In this document: positions 12,699 to 25,422 of the stretch, piece by piece
How the letters are laid out: every line of letters begins with the position of its first letter
How positions within the stretch are numbered: position 1 is the stretch's first letter
Origin: Podarcis cretensis
Lineage: Eukaryota
Direction: 5' to 3'
DNA: 64,000 nucleotides
NCBI GenBank assembly: GCA_951804945.1
Contig: OX638161.1
Span: 36,456,001-36,520,000, forward strand
Program-made: the position numbers and the translations under genes
The notes under the pieces: model-generated
Database searches by the model: none
Seen by the model: only the letters and a program-made list of their open reading frames with translations
What the model was told of the DNA's origin: nothing

Positions 12699-12953
12699 AT
12701 AACCCAAGGAGGAGTGACTGTCTGCCTCAGCGGCTTCATGAGTCTTGACATCCCTAAGCCCACCGGACCACTCTGGATCCTGGGTGACGTTTTCCTCCGG
12801 CGCTTTTACTCAGTCTTTGACCGAGATAATGACCAAGTTGGCTTAGCTGTCTCCAAACAAACCATATGCGGTGCAACTACAGCTGCAGTAGCAGCTACAC
12901 CGGCTCCACAGGGCACAACTCCAGCTGCAGCCACCACAACCGCAGGATGTTAG
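12699..12953 (+). CDS. NAPSA: Aspartic protease terminal exon 9 with C-terminal extension
   Basis: cttcacag|; [53 protein letters not shown] plus tail, TAG at 12951-12953; the six exons join in one open frame. Confidence 0.95.
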   Translation: MTQGGVTVCLSGFMSLDIPKPTGPLWILGDVFLRRFYSVFDRDNDQVGLAVSKQTICGATTAAVAATPAPQGTTPAAATTTAGC

Positions 12954-13874
12954 CTGTCCACTGTTCCAAGTGCTGAACTCAGGAACGCAGCAGGGTTGAG
13001 AAGTGGGGGGTGTGTATTTGCATAGCAGCAGGGGTGGGGTTCCACAGCATGGGATATGCAGTCACCCTATTTCTCAGAACAGCTCCTTTTTTAAAAAAAC
13101 AACAACACAAGTTTCTAATCCTCATGGTGGCAGAGGAAAAGATAATGCACCTTGGAAAGTCCCCTTTGAACTTCAAATACATTGCTGTGTATATCAAGTG
13201 TGCAGGGCTTCTCCCACTGAGTTCTCCTCTTCCATCCTCCTCCCCAGCTTGCTGATCCTATGCATGTCTACTCAGAAGTAATTCCGGTGAGGTCAGAGGG
13301 ACTTTCTTCCAAGGAAGTATGGCTGGGATTGCAGCTTTTAGAGTCCTGTTTGCTACAGCAAACAGGACAGCCTCAGACAATGGGATCAACAAGCTGGTGG
13401 GGGATAATGCTTTCTTCATGTGACTTGATAGCTCATGGCTTGATGAGTCACCCTTGGATATTTAAGGTGATGTAACATTCTGAGCCCATATCACAGGCTT
13501 TGTGCTTTGTGCTCAGAAGGTCCCAGATTCAGCCTCCGGCATGCCTAGCGAAAAAGAGATCTCGGTTATCAGGACTGTTACCAGATCTGCGAGTGCGTCT
13601 GTATGCATGCATGTGCAAACAAGTATCCTACATGCCTATTCACAGAAAATCTAATTTTGTGCAATTAGCAATGCTACCCTTGGGAACTGTACTGGAGACG
13701 ATTGTGTGTGTGTGCGCGCACACACACACAAAATTGCTTTGCTTTCTTTAGCACCGATTTAGCGGTGACCAATAAGGATTCAGTATTAGTGTTCTTGCTC
13801 CTGAAATATTAACATTTGTAATATGAGTAGTGCAAATATTGCAATGCTGCAACAGTAATATTTTTTCATAAAAG

Positions 13875-13880
13875 AATAAA
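13875..13880 (+). terminator. Candidate polyadenylation signal of the protease gene
   Basis: First canonical AATAAA I see after the stop codon; an AATACA variant at 13176 is an alternative. Confidence 0.35.
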
Positions 13881-16800
13881 GTCTGGAAGGAAATAACACA
13901 ATGATGTAAAAATGATTTTAAAAGCCACCATCGTTTCAGAAGCTTGAAATGCCACTACAGAGACTTACAGGACAGAAAGGGTTAATAATGCTGGTGGAGG
14001 CTGATGGGAGATGTAGCCCAAAACATCTGGATGGCATCACCTTGGGGAAGGCTGCTCTTGTGGGTAATGCCTTCCTTTCTCCTTCATGAGAATGGTTCAT
14101 AAGCCCTTGTGCATTTTGAAATTAATATGAAATGCTTATGCTTAGGATCAAAGCTCACCTAACATAGGAGGGTGCTTGGATTTGCTTTGCCAGGAGCAGC
14201 ACTAGGGACTGATGAGGGGAGGGAGAGAGGCTTTCACTCTCTCACTGAGTACTGCAGCACTCCTCCCAGGCCCCCACTTGCTGTGGCATGCCAGCCTATC
14301 CTGGCCGCAACATCCATCAGTATTTGCCCCCTGGATCTCAGCCGTTCCATTATAAAGTTCCCATGCTTCGCTTCCACAGCTGCTGGGAATGCGTGGACCA
14401 GGCCCATAAGTGGCACATAGCATGATGGAGAGGATGATCCATGTGGAGTTGGTGGCAAGTCCTTCTGGACATTACAGAAGGACAAGCAGGGTGGCTTGTT
14501 TCTCCATGATATCAGTGTGCCCTTCCCAAGGGGACTGATAATGTTCTTAAGAATTCTTGCAACTTTTAAGACTCTTGCCCTGACATAGCATCTCACGTCC
14601 CAAGCAAAGTCAGAGTTCTTCTAGCTAAGTTAGCCTACTAAGCTTTTGTGTTTGTTTCCTAATGTTTCTAGTTGTGTTCTTGTTCTGTTTCCCAGCCCCG
14701 CAAATAAACACCCTTTGTTTAAGAAGTCCTGTTTTGCCTTGGATTACTGAAAAGTCCTGGCTGGCAACTGTGTGTGTCCGTGTCTAATCCACATAATGCT
14801 ATACTATATTCAGACATACGCTCTTACAAGGGTGAATTGATATGCTCAGGGGCAGCCAAACTGCACAAACAACCTACACAGTAGCTTGGCGGAGGGGAGG
14901 GAGGTAACTGTTTTCCGGGACACCGATGAAGGGGGTGCAGCCATTCAGGAGGACAGCAGTACAATATTTAGGGCCAGCCCCTTGATCACGTGGCAGTTGC
15001 AGGAAGAAACATCATATGGGTCGCCTTTTGCAAAGTGGCAGTGGCTGCCTGTTATTCCTTGCGCAAAGAAAAGCAGCTGAAAAGCCCCCAAAGGCACAGC
15101 GAGAGATGATGAGGTAAAGAGAGAGATTTTTAAAACCCTGTCAGTTGGACGCACGCGCATACCAGCATGTTAAACAGCCTCGTTTGTTCTGTGAGACCCT
15201 GTTTGATCACCGGAAAGCATCTCTTCACTGCTGTCTTGTAATACCAGGTGGGTCCCTGCAGTGCCTGACAGCCGTACAAGACAGCTCTCCCCAGCGCTCC
15301 CAACAATTCACTCTGTGCACCAGACGCAGGGGCTCCCAAGTTTAATTAGAATAATTGACACTTGTTTTGGAAATTGGCTAAAAAATAACTGCACAGCACG
15401 CCAAGCTTAAAAGGAGGAAGACTGACATCAATGATGGGGGCAGGGACCATCCTTCGTATCACACAATTTTGTTTTTTGTTTTTGGTGGGGGGGAAGGGTG
15501 ATGGGAGTGGCAAAAGGGGATTGGGGAGCAAAATATACTCTGAAAGTTCGAGCAAAGAATGTGAATTCAAAGGTTGCAGATGTTGTATAGCTGACAAGCA
15601 AAAGCCAGAGTGCTGGACTAGGACCTGGGAGACCAGGGTTTATATCCCTGCTCAGCCATGAAGTCCACTGAGTGATATTGGGCCAGTCATTGTCTTTCTG
15701 CCTAACCTTCCAGAGAGGGAGAGTGAGGAAAGTGTTTGCGCCACCTTGAGCTCCTTGCAGAAAAAGGTGGGCTATAAATGCAGTGATAAAATAAAATGTT
15801 TTTTGATTTCTAAAAAAGGGGAAGCTTAACAGAGTGGGGTTAGTTTTAATAATGAGGACAGGAGGTGGATATTGGAGCACATTCTAAATAGTGGAGCAGT
15901 TCCTTCCACTATACTCACAGTTGGCTCCTGTGGTCCCAAAACAAAATATTTAGATCTCTGAACACCCCAGTAAGGGGTATACCTATACTACACTATCTTT
16001 TATTTTGGTTTTATGCCACAGCTTCCTCCCCCCAAAAACCATTGTAACTGTGGCTTGGTGAGCATGCCAAGAATTTTCCAGCGCCACAGAACTACATTTC
16101 CCATGATTCCTGGCAGAGAGGGAATTGCTACTTAAAACTAATTTAAACCAGTATCATAGATATTGCAAATTTTTAAGGGAGTTTGCAACCACAAGGCATG
16201 GTGCTGACCTCTGGCCTAGAAGCCCTTATAGAAGGAGGATTGCCTGCATGGAGTAAAGATAAAGGTGTTTCTGAGTGTGTGAATAAACTAGCCTGCTGTA
16301 CAAAGGCAGTTTTGCTCTGCCCAGTTTTGCCTCTTGCTCTGCCATGGCCAGCATGTGGCCCTTGGGAGGTTGCTCAGAAAGGAACTCAGTGTGGAAAAGG
16401 CTCCCCACCCTGAGGCTAAGAGATGCTGAGTGGCCCAGCCTCAGCCAATGGCTTCATCATGATGGAGAAGCGATTTGAACCTATGCATCTCTGCCTCAAG
16501 TCTACACTGGCTTTCACCACCTCCAAACACTATTTTAGAGTGCAGGGGCATATATATTAATAATTCTTTATTCAGGAAGCTGTGTGAAATCAGGAACCAA
16601 CTTCAGCACCATGTAGCACCATTTCCCTGTACAGTGCTGGTAAACTCTACAGCTCCCAGGTCTACAACCCCTGACACACTGGGTAAGATTCCCATTACTG
16701 TCTCTTCTGCATGCTCAGCAACAGAGGCGGAGCTGTTGTTATTTCAATAGCAGTAGGAACACAGGAAATTGCCATATGCTGAAACAAGACCATTGGTCCA

Positions 16801-17472
16801 TCCAGTGCTAACTACACAGATTGACAGAACCTCTCCAGGGTTCCAGGCAGAATACTTTTTTCCTGCCGTTACTGAAGATGCCAGGAATTAGAATTGGGAC
16901 CTTCTGCATGCAGGGCATGTTCTCTGCCAGAGAGCTGCAGCCATTTCCTGTAGTCTGTAGCTGTGGTCACAGAACATGACTAGTGGCCAGATATCTATGG
17001 CTCTTTAAAGACCCACAGATTACCACTCATCTGTCTCAGAGGCTTGGGGCAGATTGCAGTCATCTTTATCTCATTTTTATCCTCACAAAAGTGCCTGGAT
17101 TATTGTTGTGGGATGGGGATGACAGCTGATCGCAAACGGCAAGCCAATTTAGACTGTACATATCCTTGCGGTTCACTAATAAGGCAAAGCCACCCTATCA
17201 AATTATGCACCTGGCGTGTAGGAGAAGGTGCGCCATCTTGGCTAGAGTGTTGGACGAGGATGGCAGAGACCCAGGTTCAAATCCTGACTCTGCCACGTAT
17301 TTTTTTATTACATTAATATACCACCTTTTCCTCCAAGGAGCTCAAAGTGGTGCACTTGGTTCTCCGCTCTCCATCCATTTTATCCTCACAACAACCCTGT
17401 GAGGTAGGTCAGGCCAAGAGACAGTGACTGAAGAGACAGCCTGGAAGCTTGCTGGGTGGCCTTGGGCCAGTA

Positions 17473-17513
<41 letters not shown>

Positions 17514-17939
17514 TTAAGCTACCTCGCAAGGTTGTTGTGAGTGAGAGCAAAATTGGGAGGGGGGGCGCTAAGCATCACCTCAAGCTCCTTAGAGGAGGGG
17601 AGGGGTATAAACTTAATAAACAAGCCCGTCCATACATTTCACCCTGAGATCTAAGACACCAAGGGTGGTTCCTCTTTGGAGGCTCCACCTTTCCCAGCCA
17701 CAGCTCAGGGGGTGCCATGTCCTCTAAATATAGACTTATTTCGTGCCTCCCACACACTTGAGATTTCGCACATTCCAGGCTAAATTCAACTCTTCCCCAC
17801 TGCAGCTAAATCCCATCACATCCCCTTCAGCTGACTCAGGAATACCCCTCCCAAACTCACCTCAGCCTCTCAGCCCCACTTTTCTTTAAGGTGGCTGTAT
17901 TTATCTTTACCTGTCCTCCCCCCCCCCCCAGCCTTGGAA

Positions 17940-18420
17940 TTTCATACTGAGTTTTCAAGTGAGGGGTGGCGCATCTTTAAAAACACCCCTCTCTGCTCCC
18001 TGGGTCTCCACAGAGTCCAGGGTGGCTCGCTTTGTTTATGTGTGTCAGGGAAACACGTATATGGCCCCAAACGCACGACCCCGCTCCTTCATCGCCACTT
18101 GTTTACCTCCAATGCCGCGCACAGCGCTTGATGGGAAGCTGCCTCTTAGCAAGCAATTGAGCTGTGGCTGCTCTAATCCTGGACTAGATTTCTTTGCGTA
18201 TATTACTCCCCCCCCCCCAAAAAAAAAGGAAGGAAGGAAGAGCAACTGTTCCATGAGATGCCCCAAAATTCCACCTTAAGAGGCAGTGATGTCATCACGG
18301 GGTCCGCAGTACCAGAAGGCGCAGCCTGCATCCGGAGACCAGGGGTGGGGGGCGGGAGGCAGAGACGCACAAGGTGTGTGTGGGGGGACAGACGGACAGA
18401 CTGACTCCTATTCGTCGACA
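17940..18420 (+). promoter_or_regulatory. Probable distal KCNC3 promoter / TSS region
   Basis: Local CpG enrichment, CRE-like TGATGTCA at about 18287-18294, directly upstream of a consensus splice donor. Confidence 0.45.
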
Positions 18421-18692
18421 TCCTGCATCTTCCTTCCCCCCCACCAAAAAAAGCAAAAAGCTCCCCATCATCCTCTCCATTCTCCCTCTGCTCTCTGCTT
18501 CAAGGGGTTCTCTGTCCCCTCAAGGTGCTGGGGGAGCTTCTTATAGCCTCTGTCTTCGCCTCACTGGTTGATTTTTATTTTTTTTTAAGAATTTTGGTTG
18601 GGGGGAGGTTGGGGGTGAAGATTCCCCCCTCCATCTCTGCTCCTTCATCTCTCTCAAAAATATTATTAAGCCACAAGGGGTTGGTTTGGCAG
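18300..18692 (+). other. KCNC3: Probable non-coding first exon of KCNC3 (5' end uncertain)
   Basis: Consensus donor CAG|GTAAGT at 18692/18693; a strong acceptor upstream of the ATG (polypyrimidine tract plus gcag at 25145-25148) implies an upstream exon. Confidence 0.55.
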
Positions 18693-19138
18693 GTAAGTAT
18701 GGGCCTTCAGTGGCTACATTGTGTGTGTTTGTTTGTTTGTTTGTGTATGTGTGTGTACATCTATAGTGTGTGTTTGTGTGGTGTTTTGTTTTCCCCTGGG
18801 GCGGCAGTGGGGGGGAGGTGAGGGGGAATCATTGAGTGTCCCCTTTTACCTAACACTGAGACCATAGGACAGAAGGAGGGGGGGGGGGAGTTTCAGCACC
18901 TGTGAGGTGACCGGCTGCATGTTAACATTGGTGTGCTTGTATTTTGCTCATTAGTGCCAGCCTAGCTGAGAGAGAGAGAGAGAAAGAGACAGACAGACAG
19001 ACTTGCTTCTGATGGCTATTTGCCTGTCTGGGTGTATGTGTGTGTGTAAGAGAGAAAGATGACTGTCAGTTTGTGGATATTTGTGTGCTGCCCACTGCAG
19101 TGTGTGAATGAGTGAAGGATAGCTTTAAGTGTATATGA

Positions 19139-19184
19139 GGAAGGAAGGAAGGAAGGAAGGAAGGAAGGAAGGAAGGAAGGAAGG
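19139..19184. repeat. (GGAA)n microsatellite
   Basis: Direct inspection. Confidence 0.95.
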
Positions 19185-22100
19185 ACAGTCTGCATGTCTG
19201 GTGGACATATGAGACTGTCCACTAAGGTGTGTGAAAGAATGGTTCGAGTGTATGGGCAGTTTGTGTGTGCATGTGTATATATGTCTGGGACTGATAGATT
19301 ATGACTCAGGCGGTGTGCGGTTTGTGTGGTATGTGAGCTTGTACGATTTCAACTGGTGCATGAAAGAAATTAGCGCGCCTAAAGTATGCCGACAAGTACC
19401 AGTTATTAGGATGTGCTTGTTCTAAGGGTCTGAGCACATCTGTGTCCATGGATACAGGAGAAACAGGTGAGGATTTGTGTGCCGTTGCGTCTTTGTGTGG
19501 TGACTGTGTCTGTGGTGTCCCTTGGGCTTTTCTGTTGTGTGATGTCTGTGTTGGTGTGGTGCGCCAGTGAACTGGAGGGGGAGGGGTTTAGGAAGAGAGA
19601 AACATAACTCCCATGAGAAAACAAACACTGACACACTGACACACAACACTGAAGTAAAGCTCACATAGAACGTCATCTCACTTAGCCCTATGTACATACA
19701 GAGAGATCATAACAGAGACAACCAGAAAAAGCAGACACTGTACATGCCCCCCACCCTTATACACTCTCACGCATTGATTACTGTCATACACATGTGCTTA
19801 CACTTGCATAATAGCTCACCCACATTCACACAAGCCGGCACTCCAGGCGCCCTTGCCTTTTTACCCTCATATAGCAAAGGGCAAAGTGAAACATCTGAAA
19901 CAAATTTTGAGGTAGGAAAAAACCAAAAATCTTATATGGTTTGAATGCATGTGTAGAAAATAGATAGTGGAAGGTTTTTTTAACAAACAAAACAAAACCC
20001 AAACCAGCTCTTATATCAAAACTCATACTGACATTAATTATATTATATTATACTATATTTCCAAACAGCCTTTCAATCATAATGGCTCCCATAATGGTTT
20101 CAGATGAGCACAAACTTTAATGATTAACAATTCAAATAATTTTACAGTACCATCCAAAGCATGCTTACTTAGAAATAAGCACATGTGAGTTCAGCTGGAA
20201 CTTATGCTGAAGGAAGTTTAGATAGGGTTACAGTCTTTAATAATAAAACCAGACTGCAGTTCTCTGCCCACTTTCTGGGGAATAATCCCCCAGCAATGGA
20301 GCTTATTGTTTAGTAGACCTGTATAGCAGACCTGCTGTTAATTATCTGCAGATGAAGGCACTTCAAGTGGCTGCGTATGATGCTGTGTATCTGACCTAGA
20401 CCTCTGAATGTTCTGGCTGCTGCCTTAGCCCCTTCCTATCCCACCCTCCGCATTTGTACATTCTGATTTATAAATTTGAAATCTGGGGGGTGAATAATTC
20501 TGAGGTAAATGTGTAAACATGTTCAAAGTTGGGTGGCAATACTTCAAACACATGCACAGCACTCAATAAGTGGTTTTGAGACTAGACGTGCTTCGCTGAT
20601 TTTTAGCTCTGCGAGTCATCCTATCATGCAAATAAGTCTTATTCCAGAATCCGATCATGCAGGTGTGACTTACTCCAGAATATGGCCATATGCAGTCATT
20701 TTGCTTTCTGTAAGGTTGCTCTCACATGTAGAGGTCTACGCTTGAACACATGTAAACAGATACAAAATTGTCACATTTTTACTCTTAAGTTACCAGTAAC
20801 ATCTTCTGAAGCACACATAAAACGTTGCCTTAAAACGCACCATGCTGCGTTTGCGTAAACATGCCTGCCCTCATATTCAAACACACCACTTCATTCATAC
20901 ATGCACAAATACCTAAGTGCACACTCAAATCTGTGTACAGTCACCTCCACTCACAAAGAAACATACACAAGGGAATAGTGGGTATTGCAGTCCTCTCTTG
21001 TGCATTCACACACATCCTTAATTTGAACAAAAAAAAGATCACACCAGCATAAATATCACATACACACACTTGATTGCATATTCATTATTTTCATATAAGG
21101 CTGATTCACACATGCACACGTCAGTTGATTTCTTATCATTTGATGAGAAACAGGCAGCTGAATGTGTGAATGCTCCATTGAAAAATATTGCATTTGAGGT
21201 GGAGTCACCAAGTGATCAGTTGTGCATGAAGGAACCAGCTCTGAGATACCAACTGTCCATCTCTTAGGTGCCTTTTAGAATGCACAGCCAGAGCCAAGTA
21301 GACACACCATCAACATAGCTATGGCTGTGGTCCTTTGCATTCATCTGGGAGAAAGAGATACAAAACAGGGTGCAGTTTATTTCTGAGTAAACTGAGCACA
21401 GGATCATGTTGCCAGGCTTACAGCATAGTGTTCTCCACACAAAGAATACAAAATCATTTCAGAACACTCATGCTGCACTCACACACACACACACACACAC
21501 ACACTATGCATACCATGTCATCCCAACACAGAGATCCCTGCACACACTCACAACACATGGATCCATCCTCAATTACAGATTTCTTCATATACAAATTCTG
21601 CTCGCACCTATAGTTACTTACTACACCTTTACACACAATACATACATTTAAACCCACATACAGTACTCATTTCTGCACCCAAACTCATCACATGCATGTA
21701 TCACTGCAAACAGACACAGGCCATTTCCCTTACACACAAACCCACCGTATAAACCCATTTTAAGATAGGCAGAAATGCATTGCCCCGTATGTCACTTCCT
21801 ATCTAAACCAGCGTAATCCTACCTAAATAGACCCATTACTCTCTGTACATGCATCTCAATCTAAACAGTTTTCAATGAAGGAAGAACCCAAACGTCAACT
21901 TTTTAATTAAAACAAAAGCCCCTGAATCCAACTTTTCAAAACTTCCATTCTAACATTGATTTACTTGTTTGAGGGAGTTTTAAAGAACTAAACATTATGG
22001 TTCTGTAGATGCATTTTTAATGCAATAACATGTTCATTTGCTGAATTTAGAATGCATTACATATTAATTTTCAAAAATCACTAAATTCAAAAGTATCCAT

Positions 22101-22323
22101 AACAGTATTTAGTTATTGCATTGATTTCCTGACTCCCCTTCTTCCAAAGATTCCTGCACTGCAGGCAGTTGGACTAAATAACCCTCATGGTCCCTTCCAG
22201 CTACAATTCTACGATTCTATGATGAAACCTAAGGTGGTATACACACACAGGCTCCCACCCTGGCCTTGGCCCAAATCGAGATCAGTCTTCATTTCACCTG
22301 GGCAGGCTGCATTATGTGTCTAG

Positions 22324-22361
<38 letters not shown>

Positions 22362-25349
22362 GGTGGGTGTTTGTTTGTTTTTAAAAAGAATAATATGAAT
22401 TTAGAGGGCAAGGGAAATGCAGGCAAAATTAGGTCAGGAGAAATTGTTTGAGAATCTATTTTTTCCTCCACATGTATTTTAAGTCTCTATTATGCACTCA
22501 TGCAAACCCTCCCACATTCTTTCTCTCTCACTAGTTTCTCCTTCCCACTCCACTCCACTTTCCCTACTTCTTCATCTCACAGCCCAGGAAATTGGATGGT
22601 GCGGCAATAGTGCTGGAGAAGAGACATTTACCTCCTCACCTGCCTAAAGCCAAGCCAATTCTCTCTTTTGTACTGAGAAACATTGCACAGACACACAGAC
22701 ACACACAGTCCCCCTCTGCAACGACACAAGAGTACAGGAGAGGGGGGTGTTGGGACTGGGTGAGCTACAGGCCAAGGAGGTTCCTTAGAGATGGCCAAGG
22801 GTTGTAGCCAAAGCTGGTTCTTCTCAGTGCAGACCACTGAAACAAATAGGCATGATTAACTTAGGCCCACGAATTCTAGTAGGTCTGCTCTGAGTACAGC
22901 TAGCACTGGACATACTGGTAATCCCCAGTGTAAAACTTCATGTGCAGGAAAGGGGAGAAGGAAGAACTGGAGGGGAGGATGGATAGGTCAGGGGGGACTA
23001 TAGAGAGGGAAGCAGAGGCCATAAGGAGGAGGAAGTAGCCATGGGGGGAGGGCAAACAGTGGGGCACTGAAATTTCAAGGGATAGCAGGGGATAGAGGGT
23101 GAACTGGGGTGACCCACCAATGGGAGTATAGGAGAGCAACCACAGCTAGGAGGGAGAGAGGAGATTTGGAGGGAGGAACCCCACATGAAAAGTGTGGGTG
23201 CACAGGGGTCAAAAGTCATGTGGGAGAAAGTGGGGGCAAGGAGAAGACTGAAGGGGTCCTAAAGGTGGAGGAGAGCATAGAGGCTACCCAGCCCCTCAGC
23301 TTCAGGAAGATCATCATCAGGGTCCATATAGAAGTCAGCAAGGGAAGCCGGGTCCACTGCAGGAGGCAGGATCTGGCCGAAGATAGGAGGAGGAGCTGAG
23401 AAAGAACCAGAGTCAAGTGGGGCAAGAGTGGGGAGTCATGGGGCAGATAGGTTGCTACCTAGAAGAGAAAAAGGAATTGGTTCGTTAGTGTAAAGGGCGG
23501 GGGGGGGGGAGAGTTGGAGCCCAGCAGGTGCAGCAGTATGGGGAGAGGGCTGGGAGTCGGAAGTGGGGGAAGTGGAAACTGGAGGAGATAGCAAGGAAGG
23601 AGGGAGGGAGGGAGGAAGGGAGGAGGGGGTCAGTGGAGAAGGAAAACTGGCTGGTGGCCAAGAGAGGGAGAGATGAATTGGGAAGCGGTCAATGGCAGCG
23701 GAAGGACAGTGCAGAAGCAGTAGATTGAGCCTCCGTTCGAGAGGAAGGGGACGTTGAAGAAAGGGGGCGAAGTGAAGGAGAAGCAAAAAGAGGGGGGTCT
23801 GGGAAGATGGGGCAGGAGGCAAGGAAGGAGAGAGAGAGAGGGAAGGAAGGGTGGTAGATGGGTGGAACGAGTCGATATAAAAGTGAGCAGGGTGCTAAGA
23901 CTGGGTGGGTAGTTCTCCTGGTGAAAGAGATGGGGAGAGGGGACAGAAGAGGCCCCTGAATGAGAAGAAGTGGCATTTCTCCTACACGTGAAGCTCAGGC
24001 GAGCATCTATTTTGCCACCGTTACACTTTGAGTGTGGAGATTGCAGAGCTGCTTCCAAACTTAATGTGGTAAAGGGGCAAACTAGGTTTTGCCTGATTTC
24101 TGTGCAATGAGGGAGAAGGAGGCAAGTCTCCGTGCAGGAAAAGTGTTTGTGAAGTGACCCTAGGCTAAGCAGAGGATGGAGGGGGGAAAGGCAGAAGTTC
24201 CCAGGGAAAGAAGGACAGAGATAAGAGAGTAGAGAAGGGAGATGTGGCAACACATGGAAGCGGGGAAGGAGAGGAGACCATGAAGAAGGAAGAAAGGAGA
24301 AGAGGAAGAGGGTTGATGAGGAAGACAAAGTCAGCAGAAGAAAGGAAAGGGGTAGAAGGAGGGAAGGATGTGAGGCTGTGACAGAGAAGAAATGAATGAA
24401 GGGTGAGAATGAATGGAGGACAGAAAAGAGGAGAGAGAGGGAGGCCAGAGAGATGAATGGGTATCCTAGGACTTGGAGATAATGATGGCAGATCTGCATG
24501 GACAGGCACTTGGAGAGGATAATGGTGCGCCAGGGGTAATAGCATGAAGCCTGCAGTGAAGGACTGCCGTGATGGTCCACAGGGGTCGAAAAACGATGGT
24601 GGCAGAGGGCTAAGGAGGGAACTGAAAAAGAGAAGGGGATGCAGAGGGCAGGAGGGAGGGGGAGAGAGAGAGATTGGGGGGGGGGGTAGAAGGAGGGAAG
24701 GCTGTGTGTGAGGATGGAAGAGATGGAGTGGGAGTGACAGAAAGAGGAGAGAGTGATAATGGCAGAGGGATGCAGTGGCAATGCCGGTCATTACGAGAGG
24801 GATGGGAGGAAGGAGAGGAGAGTGGAGAAGCGTACATGGTGGGATGGGGAGGGCGAAGGCGTAACGCAGCAGGGAGCGCGAGTGGCCAAGAAGCGCCATG
24901 GAGGGAGCGAGAGGAAGAAGGGGTGAGGATGGCAGGGGCCACGGGGCGCGGACAATGGAAAGGACGGCGGTCCGAGCGGAGTGTCGGCGTGCGGATGGAT
25001 GGATGGTGGGACGGGAGCAATGGAGGGCAGCGAGCGGAGGGAGCGCGGCCGAGGCTGCGGAGGACTGTGGCGGAGCAGCCGTCCGCACTCACCTTCCCTG
25101 TCCCTTTCTCTCTCTCTCTCTCTCTCTTTCTGTCCCTCTCTTTCGCAGACCCCGGCGCCGCGCCGCGGGCTCTTTCTCTGCCAACTCCTGCCTCCTCCTC
25201 CTGCTGCTGCTGCTGCTGCTGCGCCCGCCCCGTCTAGAAAGAGCCTCGCCCCCCTTCCCTCTTGGCCGCGCTCCCTCCTGCCTTCTCCTTTCCCCGCGGC
25301 AGGAGGGGTGGGGGGAGAGGGGGTGGGCCGAGGAGGAGGAGGGGCCAGG

Positions 25350-25373
25350 ATGACGCCTCGCGCCCTGATTTGA
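25350..25373 (+). other. uORF MTPRALI* in the KCNC3 5'UTR
   Basis: ccaggATGA (A at -3); TGA at 25371-25373; ends 49 nt before the main ATG. Confidence 0.6.
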
Positions 25374-25422
25374 CACCTGCGCACCGTCGGGGGGCGGCCC
25401 CCCGCCTCGGCCCGCGCCGCCG

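Noticed and set aside
2359-12953. Calling the protease CTSD, renin or a pseudogene
   Set aside because: All six exons are in frame with intact GT-AG sites and DTG; exon 5 lacks the mammalian CTSD processing loop; the position next to KCNC3 is the napsin locus
23630-25092. Long minus-strand ORFs (383, 307 and 160 aa)
   Set aside because: Low-complexity Leu/Ser/Pro/Phe translations of a polypyrimidine strand that lacks stop codons for compositional reasons; no recognisable domain
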